Source: Candidatus Poribacteria bacterium
Lineage (GTDB): Bacteria; Poribacteria; WGA-4E; WGA-3G
Length of the DNA: 64,000 nucleotides
Direction: 5' to 3'
Assembly: GCA_965214095.1 (NCBI GenBank)
Contig: OZ243938.1
Coordinates: forward strand, 1,888,001-1,952,000
The position numbers and the translations under genes are program-made. The notes beneath the pieces are model-generated. The model worked only from the letters and a program-made list of their open reading frames with translations, did no database searches and had not been told where the DNA came from. Below are positions 19,911 through 31,799 of the stretch, one piece after another; position 1 is the first letter of the stretch, and every line of letters begins with the position of its first letter.

Positions 19911-21107
19911 TTACCTATCCAACTCCCCGGCAATAACATTCAAACTACCTAAAACAGCAACAGTATCCGATACCATACCACCCTCCAACATGTGTGGGAG
20001 TGCTTGAAAATGAAAGAAACTCGGTGGACGAATCCGAATCCGATATCCTGTGCCGCTACCATCGCTTACAATATAGAACCCTAATTCTCCATTAGGCGAT
20101 TCTGTCGCACAATAATGATCTCCCTGAGGCGGCTGCACACCGTGTCCATCCATCACAATTTTAAAATGATGGATCAATCCTTCTATATGTCCATACGCAT
20201 CCGATTTGTCTGGCATCATGACTTTGTTGTCTTCAAGACTGAATGGACCTTCAGGTAGGTTATCAAGTGCTTGTCCAACAATACCGCAGCTTTGAATCAT
20301 CTCTTCCATACGAACCAGATACCGATCATATACATCACCGTTTGTCCCGACTGGCACATCAAATTTGAATTTTTCATAAGAAGAATACGGTTCAGCTTTG
20401 CGTAGGTCGTGGGAAACACCTGTTGCACGCAGATTGGGACCGGTCAAGCCATAATTGATCGCATCTTCTGGAGATATGGCTCCGACTCCCTTTGTTCTAT
20501 CCATCCATATCCGGTTGCGTGTTAACAGTGTATGAGTTTCTTTCAACGCTTTTGGAAAATTCGTGATGAAATCTCGTGCGTCATTTTCAAAACCATCATA
20601 AAGGTCGCGAAACACTCCACCCACACGTGTATAACTCGTTGTCAACCGCGCGCCAGTAGTTTTTTCAAAGATGCTGTAAAGTTTTTCGCGTTCTCTGAAA
20701 CTATAGAGGAAGACTGAAAATGCACCTAAATCAAGCGCAGCAGTTCCAAGCCAAAGCAGATGGTCAGCCAGTCGAGAAAGTTCAGCCATCAAAATACGAA
20801 TATATTGACACCGTTCCGGCACTTCAATTCCCAGCAACTGTTCCACAGCAAGCACATAACCAAAATTATTAGATAATGGCGATAGATAATTCATCCGGTC
20901 AGTTACAACGATAAACTGGTTATAATCCAAGTGTTCACCAAGTTTTTCAAAACCGGTATGTAAGTAGCCTGCATGAGGTGTCGCCTTCAAGATGGTTTCA
21001 CCATCAAGTTCTAATACAATCCGTAGGGTGCCGTGCGTTGCAGGATGTTGCGGTCCGAAACTGAGAACCATCTTCTCACCTGTTGTGCGTTCCATCCCAC
21101 CTTGCAT
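19911..21107 (-). CDS. nuoD: NADH-quinone oxidoreductase subunit D
   Basis: FGPQHPATHGTLR, GYLHTGFEK, C-terminal GELDR. Start moved to ATG 21107 (AAGGAG RBS); the ORF-track extension crosses a tandem repeat. Confidence 0.96.
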   Translation of the reverse strand: MQGGMERTTGEKMVLSFGPQHPATHGTLRIVLELDGETILKATPHAGYLHTGFEKLGEHLDYNQFIVVTDRMNYLSPLSNNFGYVLAVEQLLGIEVPERCQYIRILMAELSRLADHLLWLGTAALDLGAFSVFLYSFREREKLYSIFEKTTGARLTTSYTRVGGVFRDLYDGFENDARDFITNFPKALKETHTLLTRNRIWMDRTKGVGAISPEDAINYGLTGPNLRATGVSHDLRKAEPYSSYEKFKFDVPVGTNGDVYDRYLVRMEEMIQSCGIVGQALDNLPEGPFSLEDNKVMMPDKSDAYGHIEGLIHHFKIVMDGHGVQPPQGDHYCATESPNGELGFYIVSDGSGTGYRIRIRPPSFFHFQALPHMLEGGMVSDTVAVLGSLNVIAGELDR

Positions 21108-21132
21108 AGATAACTCCTTCTTTAAAATTGAC

Positions 21133-21297
21133 TTACGGTTTTCTGTTGTTGCGTTGTTGATATTCATTGTTGCGTTGTTGATATTCATTGTTGCGTTGTT
21201 GATATTTTTTCTGAATAAAACCTAAAACCCAACATACGCCACCTATCCAAACACAAGCGAAAAAAGCCAAAATAATTGCTCCACCAAAAATATCCAT
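21133..21297 (-). CDS. Putative 54-aa single-pass membrane peptide with YQQRNNE repeats
   Basis: Hand translation MDIFGGAIILAFFACVWIGGVCWVLGFIQKKYQQRNNEYQQRNNEYQQRNNRKP*; below the ORF-track length cutoff. Confidence 0.45.
   Translation of the reverse strand: MDIFGGAIILAFFACVWIGGVCWVLGFIQKKYQQRNNEYQQRNNEYQQRNNRKP
21147..21206. repeat. 21-bp tandem repeat, about 2.9 copies
   Basis: Unit TGTTGCGTTGTTGATATTCAT at 21147 and 21168, partial copy at 21189. Confidence 0.9.
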
Positions 21298-21470
21298 AAT
21301 CTTCACTCAATGCTTTCAACACCATTCGCCGCATATCACACTATTCACAAGTAAACGAGCCACCAAAATACATAGACTGCCCGATAACCAAGCACGACAT
21401 TTTGCAGGTTCTCAAGGTTCTGTTTTTCATTTATCTGATAACACTTAGTAGTTCGCACTTTCCAGTTGTG

Positions 21471-22019
21471 TTAGGCATTCTGCTTATCGAAATTGAAACT
21501 TTCGCGTTCACCACGTCCACGTAGCGGATAATCCTTTCGGAGTGGATGTCCTTCAAAATCATCTGGCATTAAAATACGACGTAGATCAGGATGTCCTTCA
21601 AAGTCTATTCCGAACATATCATAAGTTTCGCGTTCTAACCAGTTGGCAGCTTTCCATAACTCCGTCACCGATTGGATTTTTAAATCTTTTTCAGACACAG
21701 GCACTTTGACACGTATACGTGAAGTTTCCCCTTCAAAAGTATATAACTGATAAACGACCATGAATCTGGCATAGTCATACTGCATCAATTCTGATTCTAA
21801 TTGGGAATTGTCAACAGCAGTGACATCAACAAGGAATGAATATGCAAGGTCTGTTTTTAAATATTCTAACAGTGTATAACTATTTTCTTTGTTGACAACA
21901 ACGAACACATCGTCGCTTGTATCAGAATCTGCCAAAAGTGCGTCTGAAAACTTTTCGCGAAGTTTTTCAAGAACAAGCGGCTGCGATTCTTCGGTAATTT
22001 CTTCTTTTTCTTCATTCAT
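21471..22019 (-). CDS. nuoC: NADH-quinone oxidoreductase subunit C
   Basis: [28 protein letters not shown]...GHPLRKDYP. Confidence 0.96.
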   Translation of the reverse strand: MNEEKEEITEESQPLVLEKLREKFSDALLADSDTSDDVFVVVNKENSYTLLEYLKTDLAYSFLVDVTAVDNSQLESELMQYDYARFMVVYQLYTFEGETSRIRVKVPVSEKDLKIQSVTELWKAANWLERETYDMFGIDFEGHPDLRRILMPDDFEGHPLRKDYPLRGRGERESFNFDKQNA

Positions 22020-22539
22020 TATAAGCGACCTCAGAACCTTTAGGCAATTCGCCTTTATGGATTTGCCGTTGCACTTGCATCACTGCATCAATCAAGTCTT
22101 CAGGTCTTGGTGGACATCCAGGAATATAGACATCAACTGGCAGAAATTGGTCAACACCTTGAATTAAGGTATAGGTGTCAAAAACGCCTCCGCAGGAAGC
22201 ACATGCCCCCATTGAGATAACCCATTTAGGTTCTGGCATTTGATCATATATCCTTTTCAGCACAGGCATCATTTTGATAGAAATCCGTCCTGATACAATG
22301 AGCAGGTCTGATTGACGCGGAGAGAATCGGATTGCCTCGGACCCGAATCGCGACAGGTCATATTTGGAAGCCAAGGTTGCCATCATTTCTATAGCACAGC
22401 ATGCGGTACCAAACGGCATTGGCCACAATGAATTTTTACGTCCCCAGTTGACAACTTTGTCAATAGTCGTTGTGATGATATTACCATCAGTTCGCTCGGT
22501 GCTTGAACCGCTTTGTATATTGGTATTGGCTAATCCCAT
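22012..22539 (-). CDS. nuoB: NADH-quinone oxidoreductase subunit B
   Basis: [31 protein letters not shown]. Start at ATG 22539 with GGAGG. Confidence 0.97.
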   Translation of the reverse strand: MGLANTNIQSGSSTERTDGNIITTTIDKVVNWGRKNSLWPMPFGTACCAIEMMATLASKYDLSRFGSEAIRFSPRQSDLLIVSGRISIKMMPVLKRIYDQMPEPKWVISMGACASCGGVFDTYTLIQGVDQFLPVDVYIPGCPPRPEDLIDAVMQVQRQIHKGELPKGSEVAYNE

Positions 22540-22898
22540 GTTAAGCCTCCTTTTTTCCAAGCGTAAACGTAACCCAGTAAGAGAATACCGATAAATACCA
22601 GCATCTCAACTAAAATAAATGTTCCATTTGTTTCAGACATCTTCTTAAAGACCACTGCCCATGGATAGAGAAAGACGACTTCAATATCAAAAATAATAAA
22701 GAGCATCGCGATAAGGTCAAACCGGATGGAGAATCTTTGTCTTGCATCACCGACCGGTTGCACACCAGATTCGTAGACAGAAAGTTTGACACGGTTGGGT
22801 TTTTTGGGACCAAGAAGGTGGGTAAGCGAAAGATTCACAGCTGCAAACAAGACTGCAAATATCACTAAAAACACTATCGGAAGATAATCTATTAACAT
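22530..22898 (-). CDS. nuoA: NADH-quinone oxidoreductase subunit A
   Basis: [20 protein letters not shown]-terminal KGGLTWD. Confidence 0.97.
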   Translation of the reverse strand: MLIDYLPIVFLVIFAVLFAAVNLSLTHLLGPKKPNRVKLSVYESGVQPVGDARQRFSIRFDLIAMLFIIFDIEVVFLYPWAVVFKKMSETNGTFILVEMLVFIGILLLGYVYAWKKGGLTWD

Positions 22899-23033
22899 TG
22901 ATTAAATCTATTAAGCCTCCAGCAACAGAAGAATTATACCCCTTAATTTACATTGGTAGCGGTTGTAATTCTGGTGTTGCCAATTCTATGATTTTCGTAC
23001 AAATTACAAGTAAATTTGTAAAACGTGCTTATA

Positions 23034-23061
23034 ATTTTACATATTCAGATAAAAGTGTCAA
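23034..23061 (-). promoter_or_regulatory. Putative sigma70 promoter of the nuo operon
   Basis: TTGACA (23061-23056), 16-nt spacer, TAAAAT (23039-23034). Confidence 0.55.
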
Positions 23062-23127
23062 GTATTTTTCAAGAAATAATACGATTTTTTTGAAATATAG
23101 TTGAAAAAATGTGAAACAATTCACACA

Positions 23128-23769
23128 TCAAGGTGATAATCTTTCAATTTCCCAGTTGCCGTTGTCATTTAATGTATAACGAATCCTATCATGTAGACGA
23201 CTTGGACATCCTTGCCAGAATTCAAACATACTTGGTATAAGTCTATATCCACCCCAATGCGGCGGACGTGGAATATCTTTATCAGCATAAACTAATTTCG
23301 CATGTTCAAAGTTATCCTCTAGATGTTCGCGTCTGGGAATAACGATGCTTTGACGTTCAGACCACACAGCAAGTTTACTATCAATTGGTCGACTAGCAAA
23401 ATATGCGTCTGATTCAGCGGATGTCATCTTCTCAACTGTGCCGTTGCATCTCACCTGCCGATCCAGTTCCCGCCAATAGAAAACAAGCGCGGCATGCGGA
23501 TTCTTCGCCAATTCTAAACCTTTTTGGCTATCATAGTCTGTATAGAAACAGAAACCGTTTGCATCAGACCCTCTGAGAACAACCATCCGTGCAGAAGGGA
23601 TACCATCTGTCGTGGCAGTAGCAAGCGTCATTGCATCTGGCAGGTCAATCTTTGCATCGATTGCCTCACTAAACCACTTATCAAATTGCTCAAATGGATT
23701 TTTGGCAACACTACTTTCAGTCAATTCAGCATGTGAATGATATTCTCTACGGAGTTCGTCAGTTTTCAT
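23128..23769 (-). CDS. pdxH: Pyridoxamine 5'-phosphate oxidase
   Basis: AMTLAT, PSARMV, YFASRP, RPPHWGGY, EFWQG..RLHDR. Confidence 0.95.
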   Translation of the reverse strand: MKTDELRREYHSHAELTESSVAKNPFEQFDKWFSEAIDAKIDLPDAMTLATATTDGIPSARMVVLRGSDANGFCFYTDYDSQKGLELAKNPHAALVFYWRELDRQVRCNGTVEKMTSAESDAYFASRPIDSKLAVWSERQSIVIPRREHLEDNFEHAKLVYADKDIPRPPHWGGYRLIPSMFEFWQGCPSRLHDRIRYTLNDNGNWEIERLSP

Positions 23770-23770
23770 G

Positions 23771-25279
23771 TTATTTTTTCCAGTAATTCGGTGAAAAGAG
23801 GATAAGCACGGTATAGATTTCCAATCGTCCCAGCAACATGCAGAAAGTTAGAATAAATTTTCCCAGAGTTGGAATATGAGCATAGTTATCAATCGGACCG
23901 ACATCTCCGAGACCAGGACCGATGTTTCCCATCGTAGCAATTGTACATCCTGCAGCAGTAATCAAATCTAATCCCAAAGTCGCCATAATACATGTTACAA
24001 TAGCAAAAATGCCGATGAAGAAAAAGAAGAATCCGAGTACATGTGTAAGTACTTCAGGAGGAACAACTCTCTCATTGACACGAACAGGCAGCACTGCATG
24101 TGGAAATATCAACCGTTTTATTTCTGCGCCACTTTGACGGATCAGGAGTAAGAACCGCATCTGCTTCATTCCACCACCTGTTGACCCTGCACACCCTCCA
24201 TAAAACATGAGTGTAATAAGGATAAACTGTGATAATGCAGGCCACATCTCAAAATCTGATGTGCCGTAACCTGTAGTTGAAGTAATGGACATAACTTGGA
24301 ATGCAGCGTGTCGGATTGCATCTCCAACAGAATTGAAGGGGACTTCACCATCAACGTTTGCAAATGTGACAATGTTCCAAGATACAAGCGTAATGGTGAC
24401 AAGGATCACGACACAATAGAATCGGAATTCAGTATCTTTGAAGTAACTTTTGACATTACCGCGTAGGGCTCGATAGTGTAAAGCAAAATTAGTCCCCGCA
24501 AGGAACATAAATACTATGATGACGATTTCAATATAGACGCTATCGTAATGTGCAATACTGCCATTTTTCGTTGAGAACCCGCCAGTAGCCATTGTGCCAA
24601 ATGTATGGCAGAGCGCATCAAAGAGAGTCATGTCCCCAAGCCAGAGCAGTAACGTTTCAAGGACTGATAACAGGATATACACTCCCCACAGCAATTTTGC
24701 TGTTTGTGCGATACGCGGTGTGAGTCTGTCTGTTTGTGGACCCGGTGCTTCTGCACGAAATAGCTGCATCCCACCAACACCAAGCATTGGAAGTATTGCC
24801 ACTGCTAATACAACAATACCCATACCACCGAGCCAATGGCTGAAGCTGCGCCAAAAAAGCATTGCCTTGGAAAGATGTTCGATCTCTGTCAATACTGTTG
24901 CACCAGTCGTTGAAAAACCGGACATGGATTCAAAATAACAGTAGGCGAATTCATCCAAAGTGGAACGACCGTCTGCAGCAAAGACATCAGCGAAAAGATA
25001 GGGAAATGAACCGAAAAGCGCGACAACCACCCACCCTAACGTGACAATGGCAAACCCTTCCCGTATAGCGAGTTCTGGTTCTATCGGTTTTATCGTGAAA
25101 CGGAGAATCAAACCGACAGTGAATGTTATTACGGTAGCGTAAACGAAGGCAAATAAATTAGAGTCACCAGCGTCTGGATTGAAATAATAGTATGCCGCAA
25201 TGCATAATGGCAACAGCATTGTGCCTGAAAGACAGATTAACAGATTGCCAAGTGTGTGAAAAATGAGTTTCCGACTCAT
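23771..25279 (-). CDS. trkH: Trk system K+ uptake membrane subunit
   Basis: FESMSGFSTTGAT, WLGGMG, ATGGFS, TTGY, GGCAGSTGGG, NIGPGLG, LGRLE. Confidence 0.95.
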   Translation of the reverse strand: MSRKLIFHTLGNLLICLSGTMLLPLCIAAYYYFNPDAGDSNLFAFVYATVITFTVGLILRFTIKPIEPELAIREGFAIVTLGWVVVALFGSFPYLFADVFAADGRSTLDEFAYCYFESMSGFSTTGATVLTEIEHLSKAMLFWRSFSHWLGGMGIVVLAVAILPMLGVGGMQLFRAEAPGPQTDRLTPRIAQTAKLLWGVYILLSVLETLLLWLGDMTLFDALCHTFGTMATGGFSTKNGSIAHYDSVYIEIVIIVFMFLAGTNFALHYRALRGNVKSYFKDTEFRFYCVVILVTITLVSWNIVTFANVDGEVPFNSVGDAIRHAAFQVMSITSTTGYGTSDFEMWPALSQFILITLMFYGGCAGSTGGGMKQMRFLLLIRQSGAEIKRLIFPHAVLPVRVNERVVPPEVLTHVLGFFFFFIGIFAIVTCIMATLGLDLITAAGCTIATMGNIGPGLGDVGPIDNYAHIPTLGKFILTFCMLLGRLEIYTVLILFSPNYWKK

Positions 25280-25329
25280 AATAGGTGGTACACGCTAACT
25301 GTTGTAGGATTTGAGTGATGTAAAAGACA

Positions 25330-26703
25330 TTACGCTCTTCGTGCTGCAAACATATCTTCAACAACCGGTATTGCTTCGGGCATGCTGAAAACAATGACGC
25401 GGTCCGCAGGTTGAATGACGGTTTCACCATGTGGAATGATAAGGTTTTCGCGACGGAGTATTGCTCCAATAAACGCGTTTTCAGGAAATTTAATTTTCAT
25501 TGATCCAATTTCCTTATGTGCAATTTTCGCGTTTACTCCTGTGATGATTTCAATGACTTCTGCATCAATTTCGTGTAGTACTGCAACTGATACAATATTG
25601 CCACGTCGAATAAGCTTCAGAAGGTTGCTAACTACCGATAAGTGTCGGCTGACTGCACCATCCAAACGGGGAATTCTCGCAAGCAATGGAAGATAGCGCG
25701 GTTGTTGAATTAAGGCAAGTGCACGTTGTGCCCCGTGTTCCTTAGCTGTCATGCATGCCATAATATCGTTTTCATCATCACCGGTCACCGAAACAAATCC
25801 ATTTACATTTTCAACACCGGCTTCCTCCAACAATTTCAATTGCAGAAAATCGCCACCAAGAACAGTTGTACGTTTCAAGGACTGGGATGCCAGTTCAGCA
25901 AGGTTTTCGTCAGATTCAATAAGTTTCACATCAGTGCCATTTCCTTCAAGCACACGCGCCAGTTCAATACCGATAGCACTGGCACCAACTATGATGACCC
26001 GGTCAAGATGTGCGTTTATTATAATGCCGAACAACCGAAATAACTGCTCCATAGCGAATCCACTTCCAATAACAAAAACATCATCACCCTGCATGAGAAC
26101 ATCGTTGCCTTTAGGAATTATTATGTTGGGTGCAGTACGTCTCTTGATTGCTGCAAATCGAATATCAGAGAGAACACCCTTCTTATCCAATTCTGCAAGA
26201 GATTTTCCGATAAATGGATTCCGTTGTTTAATGCGGAAAGCAGCGAGTTGTATTCTGCCATCTTCAAATTCAACGATTTCTCGTGCTTCGGGTGTTTTTA
26301 AAAGACGTATAAATTCCTCAACACACAAGTGTTCGGGGTTTACGAGGAGATTTATGCCGAAATCTTGTGGGGTGAGACCACTTTCTTCAGAAAAGTAGTG
26401 TGGATTTGAAACGCGTGCGATTTTGGTTTCTACACCATACCGGTCAGCAATTTGACAGGCAAGCATATTAATCTCATCGCTGTTGGTCACGGCGATGATA
26501 AGTTCTGCCTCATTGATTCCTGCATCTTTGAGCAGAACGGGTGATGCTCCTGGACCGCAAAGCGTTTGTAAATCTAACTGTTCATTGACGCGTTGACAAG
26601 CATCTTCGGATTCGTCAATTAACACGACATCGTTGTCATCTACAGTAAGTAATTTGGCAGTATGAAATCCGACTTCTCCTGCCCCTATGATAATTGCTTT
26701 CAT
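25330..26703 (-). CDS. trkA: Trk system K+ uptake NAD-binding subunit
   Basis: IIIGAGEVG, AVTNSDEINM; two RCK N/C repeats; 457 aa. Confidence 0.95.
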   Translation of the reverse strand: MKAIIIGAGEVGFHTAKLLTVDDNDVVLIDESEDACQRVNEQLDLQTLCGPGASPVLLKDAGINEAELIIAVTNSDEINMLACQIADRYGVETKIARVSNPHYFSEESGLTPQDFGINLLVNPEHLCVEEFIRLLKTPEAREIVEFEDGRIQLAAFRIKQRNPFIGKSLAELDKKGVLSDIRFAAIKRRTAPNIIIPKGNDVLMQGDDVFVIGSGFAMEQLFRLFGIIINAHLDRVIIVGASAIGIELARVLEGNGTDVKLIESDENLAELASQSLKRTTVLGGDFLQLKLLEEAGVENVNGFVSVTGDDENDIMACMTAKEHGAQRALALIQQPRYLPLLARIPRLDGAVSRHLSVVSNLLKLIRRGNIVSVAVLHEIDAEVIEIITGVNAKIAHKEIGSMKIKFPENAFIGAILRRENLIIPHGETVIQPADRVIVFSMPEAIPVVEDMFAARRA

Positions 26704-26751
26704 TTGTTTATGGTATATGTTATGTCTATTTTGAAAGAATTATGATAATTC

Positions 26752-29628
26752 TTATTGGTATTGTGTTAATGGAGGACAACTACACATAAGGTTTCTGTCA
26801 CCGTGAACTTCGTTTATTCGTGCGACTGCAGGCCAAAATTTAGTTTGGCGGACCCAAGGTTGTGGAAATGCGGCTTTTTCTCGCGTATATGGATGGTCCC
26901 AGTCAGTTTGTGTAACGGATTGAACAGTATGTGGTGCGTTTTTTAGGACATTGTCTTCTTTATCTGCAGTGCCATTTTCTAATTCCGCTATCTCCTCGCG
27001 AATAGATATGAGGGCAGAACAGAAACGATCCAATTCTGCTTTTGATTCGCTTTCGGTCGGTTCAATCATCATCGTTCCCAGAACCGGCCAAGACACTGTA
27101 GGAGCGTGAAAACCGTAGTCCATAAGTCGTTTAGCGATATCTGTCACTTCTATTCCTGCGGTTTTCTTAAAGTCACGTAAATCAATGATACATTCATGCG
27201 CGACCAATCCGTTCTTACCCGTATATAGGACAGGATAGTGAGATTCCAGTTGTTTGGCAATATAATTCGCATTAAGGATTGCAGCTTCTGTAGCAGATTT
27301 TAATCCAGATGAATCCATCATAGCGACATAAGCCCAAGAAATAGGCAGGATGCCTGGACTTCCCCACGGTGCAGCGGATACAGGACCGATACCGTTATCA
27401 CCGCCAACTGAGACAATTGGGTGATTCGGTAAGAAATCGGTAAGATGTGCTGATACGCCTATTGGACCCATTCCAGGTCCACCACCACCGTGTGGTATAC
27501 AGAAGGTCTTATGTAAATTAAGATGACACACATCCGCGCCAAGATCGGCAGGACGACTTAATCCAACAAGGGCGTTGAGATTCGCGCCATCCATATAAAC
27601 CTGTCCTCCGTGTTCATGAACTATATTGCATATCTCACGAATTTGTTCCTCAAATACACCGTGTGTTGATGGGTATGTCACCATAGCCGCTGCAAGTGTT
27701 TCACGATTTTCCTGTGCTTTCTCTTTTAAATCATCAAGGTCAATGTTGCCTTCAGTATCACAAGCAACGACAACGACTTGCATACCTGCCATCACAGCAC
27801 TTGCAGGATTAGTACCGTGTGCAGATGTTGGGATTAAGCAGACATCCCGATGTGAATCGTTTCGACTTTGGTGGTATTTCCGTATAACCAAGAGTCCTGC
27901 ATATTCCCCTTGTGACCCCGCATTCGGTTGCAATGAGATAGCACTATATCCCGTTATCTCTGCCAACCACGTCTCCAACTGTTCAAATAAAAGGTGGTAA
28001 CCTTGTGCTTGATCAATCGGAGCAAAGGGATGCAACCCGCCAAATTCTTGCCATGTGACAGGCACCATCTCTGTTGTCGCATTGAGTTTCATTGTGCAGG
28101 AACCAAGAGGTATCATTGCATTAACAAGGGAGAGGTCTTTGCTTTGAAGTCTGTGGATATATCTGAGCATCTCCGTTTCAGAATGATAACTATTAAAGAC
28201 TGGATGGGTGAGACATACGGATGTTCGGCACAGTTCAGAGGGTATTTCATAAGATTTAGTTGCTCCATTGCCAGTTGCATGTTCATTGAAAACTTGTATC
28301 AAGTCTTCAATATCAGTCTGTGTAGTCGTTTCGTCTAATGATATACCCACGTGCGTAGAGTCAATTTTACGGAGATTTATCTGTCTTTTATAGGCTGAAT
28401 TTAGTAATTGTTCAGAACCTATTGTGCCAACATCAACACAAAGTGTATCAAAACAGGGATCATCACCTGTTTTATAACCGATATGTTCAAGTTCAGACCG
28501 TAATGTGCATGTTTGCGTATGGACATTTTCAGCGATTTCTCTTAATCCTTGGGGACCGTGATAAACAGCATACATCCCAGCCATAACAGCCAGTAGAACT
28601 TGTGCGGTACATATATTACTTGTGGCTTTTTCACGACGGATGTGCTGTTCACGCGTTTGGAGTGCTAATCGTATTGCAGGTTCACCGTTGGCATCATGAG
28701 ACACACCTGCAATACGTCCGGGAATGCTCCGTTTGAGTTCATCATGTGTGGAGAGAAATGCAGCATGGGGACCGCCATATCCGAGTGGAACGCCAAACCT
28801 TTGCGAGTTTCCGATGACGATATCTGCACCGAATTCACCGGGAGGCTTGAAAAGCATAAGTGCTAATAAGTCAGTTGCGACAACAAATAATCCACCAGCG
28901 GCATGCACCTGTTCAGCAAATTGATGATAGTCATAAATCGCACCGTCTGTGGCAGGATATTGCACGATTGCACCTAAAATAGGTGTATCAAAATCTACAG
29001 TCCTATGGTCTCCGATAAGCAGTTCAATACCGAGGGGTTCAGCACGGGTTTGTAAAACAGCAATGGTTTGTGGATGGCAGGTTTCTGAAACAAAAAACTT
29101 GCGACTGATTTCTTGCGGAACATTTGCATAACACATTGTCATTGCTTCAGCAGCTGCAGTCGCCTCATCAAGCAAGGATGCATTTGCAATGGGAAGTCCG
29201 GTTAAATCAATAACCATTGTTTGGAAGTTAAGTAACGCTTCCAATCGTCCTTGTGAAATTTCGGCTTGATATGGGGTGTATTGTGTATACCAACCAGGAT
29301 TTTCAAGGATGTTCCTTTGTATAACCGGTGGAACGTGGCAGTTATAATACCCCATGCCGATATAGGAACGGAAGACCTTATTTTGAGAAGCAAGATGTTT
29401 AAGGACATCAAGTGCTTCGTATTCTGAAAGACCTTGCGAATTTGTGTTCTTACCACAAATATCTAAACGCAACGGTGATGCCATACGAATGTCTGCTGGC
29501 ACAACGTCTTCAATGAAATCGTCCATTGAATTATATCCGAGTGTTTCCAGCATCTGATCTATATCTTCAGAACGAGGACCGATGTGCCGATTTGAAAAGG
29601 TAGAGGAAAGATTTTCTTTATCAAGCAT
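26752..29628 (-). CDS. gcvP: Glycine dehydrogenase (decarboxylating), single-chain P protein
   Basis: [44 protein letters not shown]. Start at 29628 overlaps the gcvH stop. Confidence 0.97.
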   Translation of the reverse strand: MLDKENLSSTFSNRHIGPRSEDIDQMLETLGYNSMDDFIEDVVPADIRMASPLRLDICGKNTNSQGLSEYEALDVLKHLASQNKVFRSYIGMGYYNCHVPPVIQRNILENPGWYTQYTPYQAEISQGRLEALLNFQTMVIDLTGLPIANASLLDEATAAAEAMTMCYANVPQEISRKFFVSETCHPQTIAVLQTRAEPLGIELLIGDHRTVDFDTPILGAIVQYPATDGAIYDYHQFAEQVHAAGGLFVVATDLLALMLFKPPGEFGADIVIGNSQRFGVPLGYGGPHAAFLSTHDELKRSIPGRIAGVSHDANGEPAIRLALQTREQHIRREKATSNICTAQVLLAVMAGMYAVYHGPQGLREIAENVHTQTCTLRSELEHIGYKTGDDPCFDTLCVDVGTIGSEQLLNSAYKRQINLRKIDSTHVGISLDETTTQTDIEDLIQVFNEHATGNGATKSYEIPSELCRTSVCLTHPVFNSYHSETEMLRYIHRLQSKDLSLVNAMIPLGSCTMKLNATTEMVPVTWQEFGGLHPFAPIDQAQGYHLLFEQLETWLAEITGYSAISLQPNAGSQGEYAGLLVIRKYHQSRNDSHRDVCLIPTSAHGTNPASAVMAGMQVVVVACDTEGNIDLDDLKEKAQENRETLAAAMVTYPSTHGVFEEQIREICNIVHEHGGQVYMDGANLNALVGLSRPADLGADVCHLNLHKTFCIPHGGGGPGMGPIGVSAHLTDFLPNHPIVSVGGDNGIGPVSAAPWGSPGILPISWAYVAMMDSSGLKSATEAAILNANYIAKQLESHYPVLYTGKNGLVAHECIIDLRDFKKTAGIEVTDIAKRLMDYGFHAPTVSWPVLGTMMIEPTESESKAELDRFCSALISIREEIAELENGTADKEDNVLKNAPHTVQSVTQTDWDHPYTREKAAFPQPWVRQTKFWPAVARINEVHGDRNLMCSCPPLTQYQ

Positions 29629-30007
29629 GCTCCGCCTCAACATAAGCATTATACTGATCGGCATCAAAGAGTGCATCAAGCTCGCTGGGATCAGTCATCT
29701 TGATTTTGAGAAACCATCCATCATCATAAGGCGAATCATTCACTTGTTCGGGAGCATCAAGGAGGGATTCGTTTACCTCAATCACTTCGCCACTCACAGG
29801 AGAATAGAGGTCAAATGCTGCTTTGACAGATTCTATCACCCCCAGTTCTGTTTTATGTGTTAGTTCAGTGCCAACATCTGGCAATTCGACGAAGACAATA
29901 TCTTGTATTTCGGATTGGGCATAGTCTGTGATGCCGATAGTGGCGATATCGTCTTCTTGCCTAACCCACTCATGGCTTTCCATGTATCTTAAATTTTCTG
30001 GAATCAT
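29621..30007 (-). CDS. gcvH: Glycine cleavage system H protein
   Basis: SHEW, GITDYAQ, IESVKAA (lipoyl Lys), SPVSGEV, NDSPY..GW. Confidence 0.96.
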   Translation of the reverse strand: MIPENLRYMESHEWVRQEDDIATIGITDYAQSEIQDIVFVELPDVGTELTHKTELGVIESVKAAFDLYSPVSGEVIEVNESLLDAPEQVNDSPYDDGWFLKIKMTDPSELDALFDADQYNAYVEAEHA

Positions 30008-30119
30008 CAAATTTTCCTTCACGTTTTTCTAATAATTAATGAAAATATTACCTTCAAATTGCTCAAAAGGCTACGGTTTATATTAGACATTATTCTGATT
30101 CTCACCTATTACGATAATA

Positions 30120-31799
30120 TCATTCTCCAATCTGCATAGCACGTTTGATTTCCAAATCATCAAAAGCTTGTCCATTTTTGTCTGTAATCCGCAGATAAAA
30201 TCCCCAACCTTCTTTCTCCTCACACACCTTAACGAGGATACTGTTCGGACCTTTCTTAAGAGTTACGGGAAAAATATATCTGTCTATTATAGCTTTATGC
30301 GTTTCTGTATGTGCATATACTTCTACCCCGTTTAGCCAGACTTTTCCCTGATCGTCGCTATCAAAACGGAATTGTACTTCCCTTTCATCAGGTGAAGTAA
30401 CGGTTGTCCATGCATAGGCAACACGCCAATCAACATCTTTCCCAAACCTGATATTGCCATCCAATTTATCGTCTGAACATTTCTGCCAACCCACCTTACC
30501 ATCTATGGTGTCATATTTTACAGTTGTGTCAATGTGTGTTGCATCTTCAGGAATATATGCAGTATCAAAACCGATTTTATCTATATTATCAAATGGACCT
30601 AGGACTACCCATGAGTCTTCCGTAATTAAACCCGTTTTTTGAATATGTTCACCTGCTTTGTCAAGCATACCTTTATCACGGTAATACTCGGCGATGCTAA
30701 GGTTAGCATCTAAATTATGTGGGTCAAGTCTAATTGCTTCAGTGAAATCTTCAAACGCTGCTTTATATTTTTTTAGTTTAAGATTTATCTTACCGCGTGC
30801 TTTGTATGTTTCACCGTTGTTGCGGTCAAGTTTTATGCTTTTAGAATAATCGTCTTTTGCACCTTTATAGTCTCCAATGTGGTTCTTTGTGCTGCCACGA
30901 GCATTGTATGCAAGAAAATTCTCTGGATCAAGTTTTATTGCTTGATTATAGTCTTCAATTGCGTCTTTATGGTTACCGACCACATCCTTGGCAACGCCAC
31001 GATTCAAGAAAAAGAGGTCGGCTCTTGGATTTAACTGAATTGCCTTATCTAAATGTAATATTGCTTCGTTATATTCCTTGGAATTGAATTTAAGTCCTGC
31101 CAGACTATAGTAATGATCAGCACGAATTACTTCTCGCTGGTGCCACTGTTGCAAGGCTTCCGCTTTAGTATCTGTAAGTAGAGCCTTAAGCGTGTTAGAA
31201 GAAATTGCATAACTGTAAGACATATAATTCGCGGTTGCCACGCCAACGACATTACCTATGCTGTTTAGAATAGGACCGCCACTATTTCCATAAGAAACAT
31301 CAACTGTCATCCGTAACCATTTATTGTTCTTCTGAATGCTATGTATAGTCCCCTTGGTTACTTTGTAATTAGTAGCTGGAAATCCTACTGCATAAATAGG
31401 CTCACCGCTTTGGACTCTATCACTATTCCCAAGAGGAAGTGGTGTGCCTTCACCTGAAATTCTTAGGATAACAAGGTCATTCTTGATATCAAACGCGGTT
31501 ACACCTACAATTTTCCAAACTTCTTCATTGTCATTTAGTTTTGCGAAATAGAGACCTGGTTGTGATACAACGTGAATGTTGGTAACGATCCTATCTTTGC
31601 CAACAAAAAAACCTGTCCCAACTCCAAGACCCGAAAAGTTCCCGCCAACTATACGCACTGTAGATGCTTTTGCCTTTTCGGATATTGAGTCAGTTTCCGT
31701 TAACTCCTCCGATTTTTCAAAAGTTTCCTGTGCATATGAGAATGAGAGAAATACCGCCAGAACCAACAAGCAGAATAAAATTTTTGTGTAATGTCTCAT
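30120..31799 (-). CDS. Secreted trypsin-like serine protease + TPR repeats + C-terminal PA14/jelly-roll-like domain
   Basis: Signal peptide; TNIHV, NDL, GNSGGP triad; TPRs; W.VLGPF...AYAWT...SDDQGKVWLNG...LKKGPNSILVK. Confidence 0.85.
   Translation of the reverse strand: MRHYTKILFCLLVLAVFLSFSYAQETFEKSEELTETDSISEKAKASTVRIVGGNFSGLGVGTGFFVGKDRIVTNIHVVSQPGLYFAKLNDNEEVWKIVGVTAFDIKNDLVILRISGEGTPLPLGNSDRVQSGEPIYAVGFPATNYKVTKGTIHSIQKNNKWLRMTVDVSYGNSGGPILNSIGNVVGVATANYMSYSYAISSNTLKALLTDTKAEALQQWHQREVIRADHYYSLAGLKFNSKEYNEAILHLDKAIQLNPRADLFFLNRGVAKDVVGNHKDAIEDYNQAIKLDPENFLAYNARGSTKNHIGDYKGAKDDYSKSIKLDRNNGETYKARGKINLKLKKYKAAFEDFTEAIRLDPHNLDANLSIAEYYRDKGMLDKAGEHIQKTGLITEDSWVVLGPFDNIDKIGFDTAYIPEDATHIDTTVKYDTIDGKVGWQKCSDDKLDGNIRFGKDVDWRVAYAWTTVTSPDEREVQFRFDSDDQGKVWLNGVEVYAHTETHKAIIDRYIFPVTLKKGPNSILVKVCEEKEGWGFYLRITDKNGQAFDDLEIKRAMQIGE

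Noticed and set aside
21108-21188. Repeat-containing N-terminal extension of NuoD
   Set aside because: The RBS supports ATG 21107; the extension is an in-frame by-product of the 21-bp repeat.
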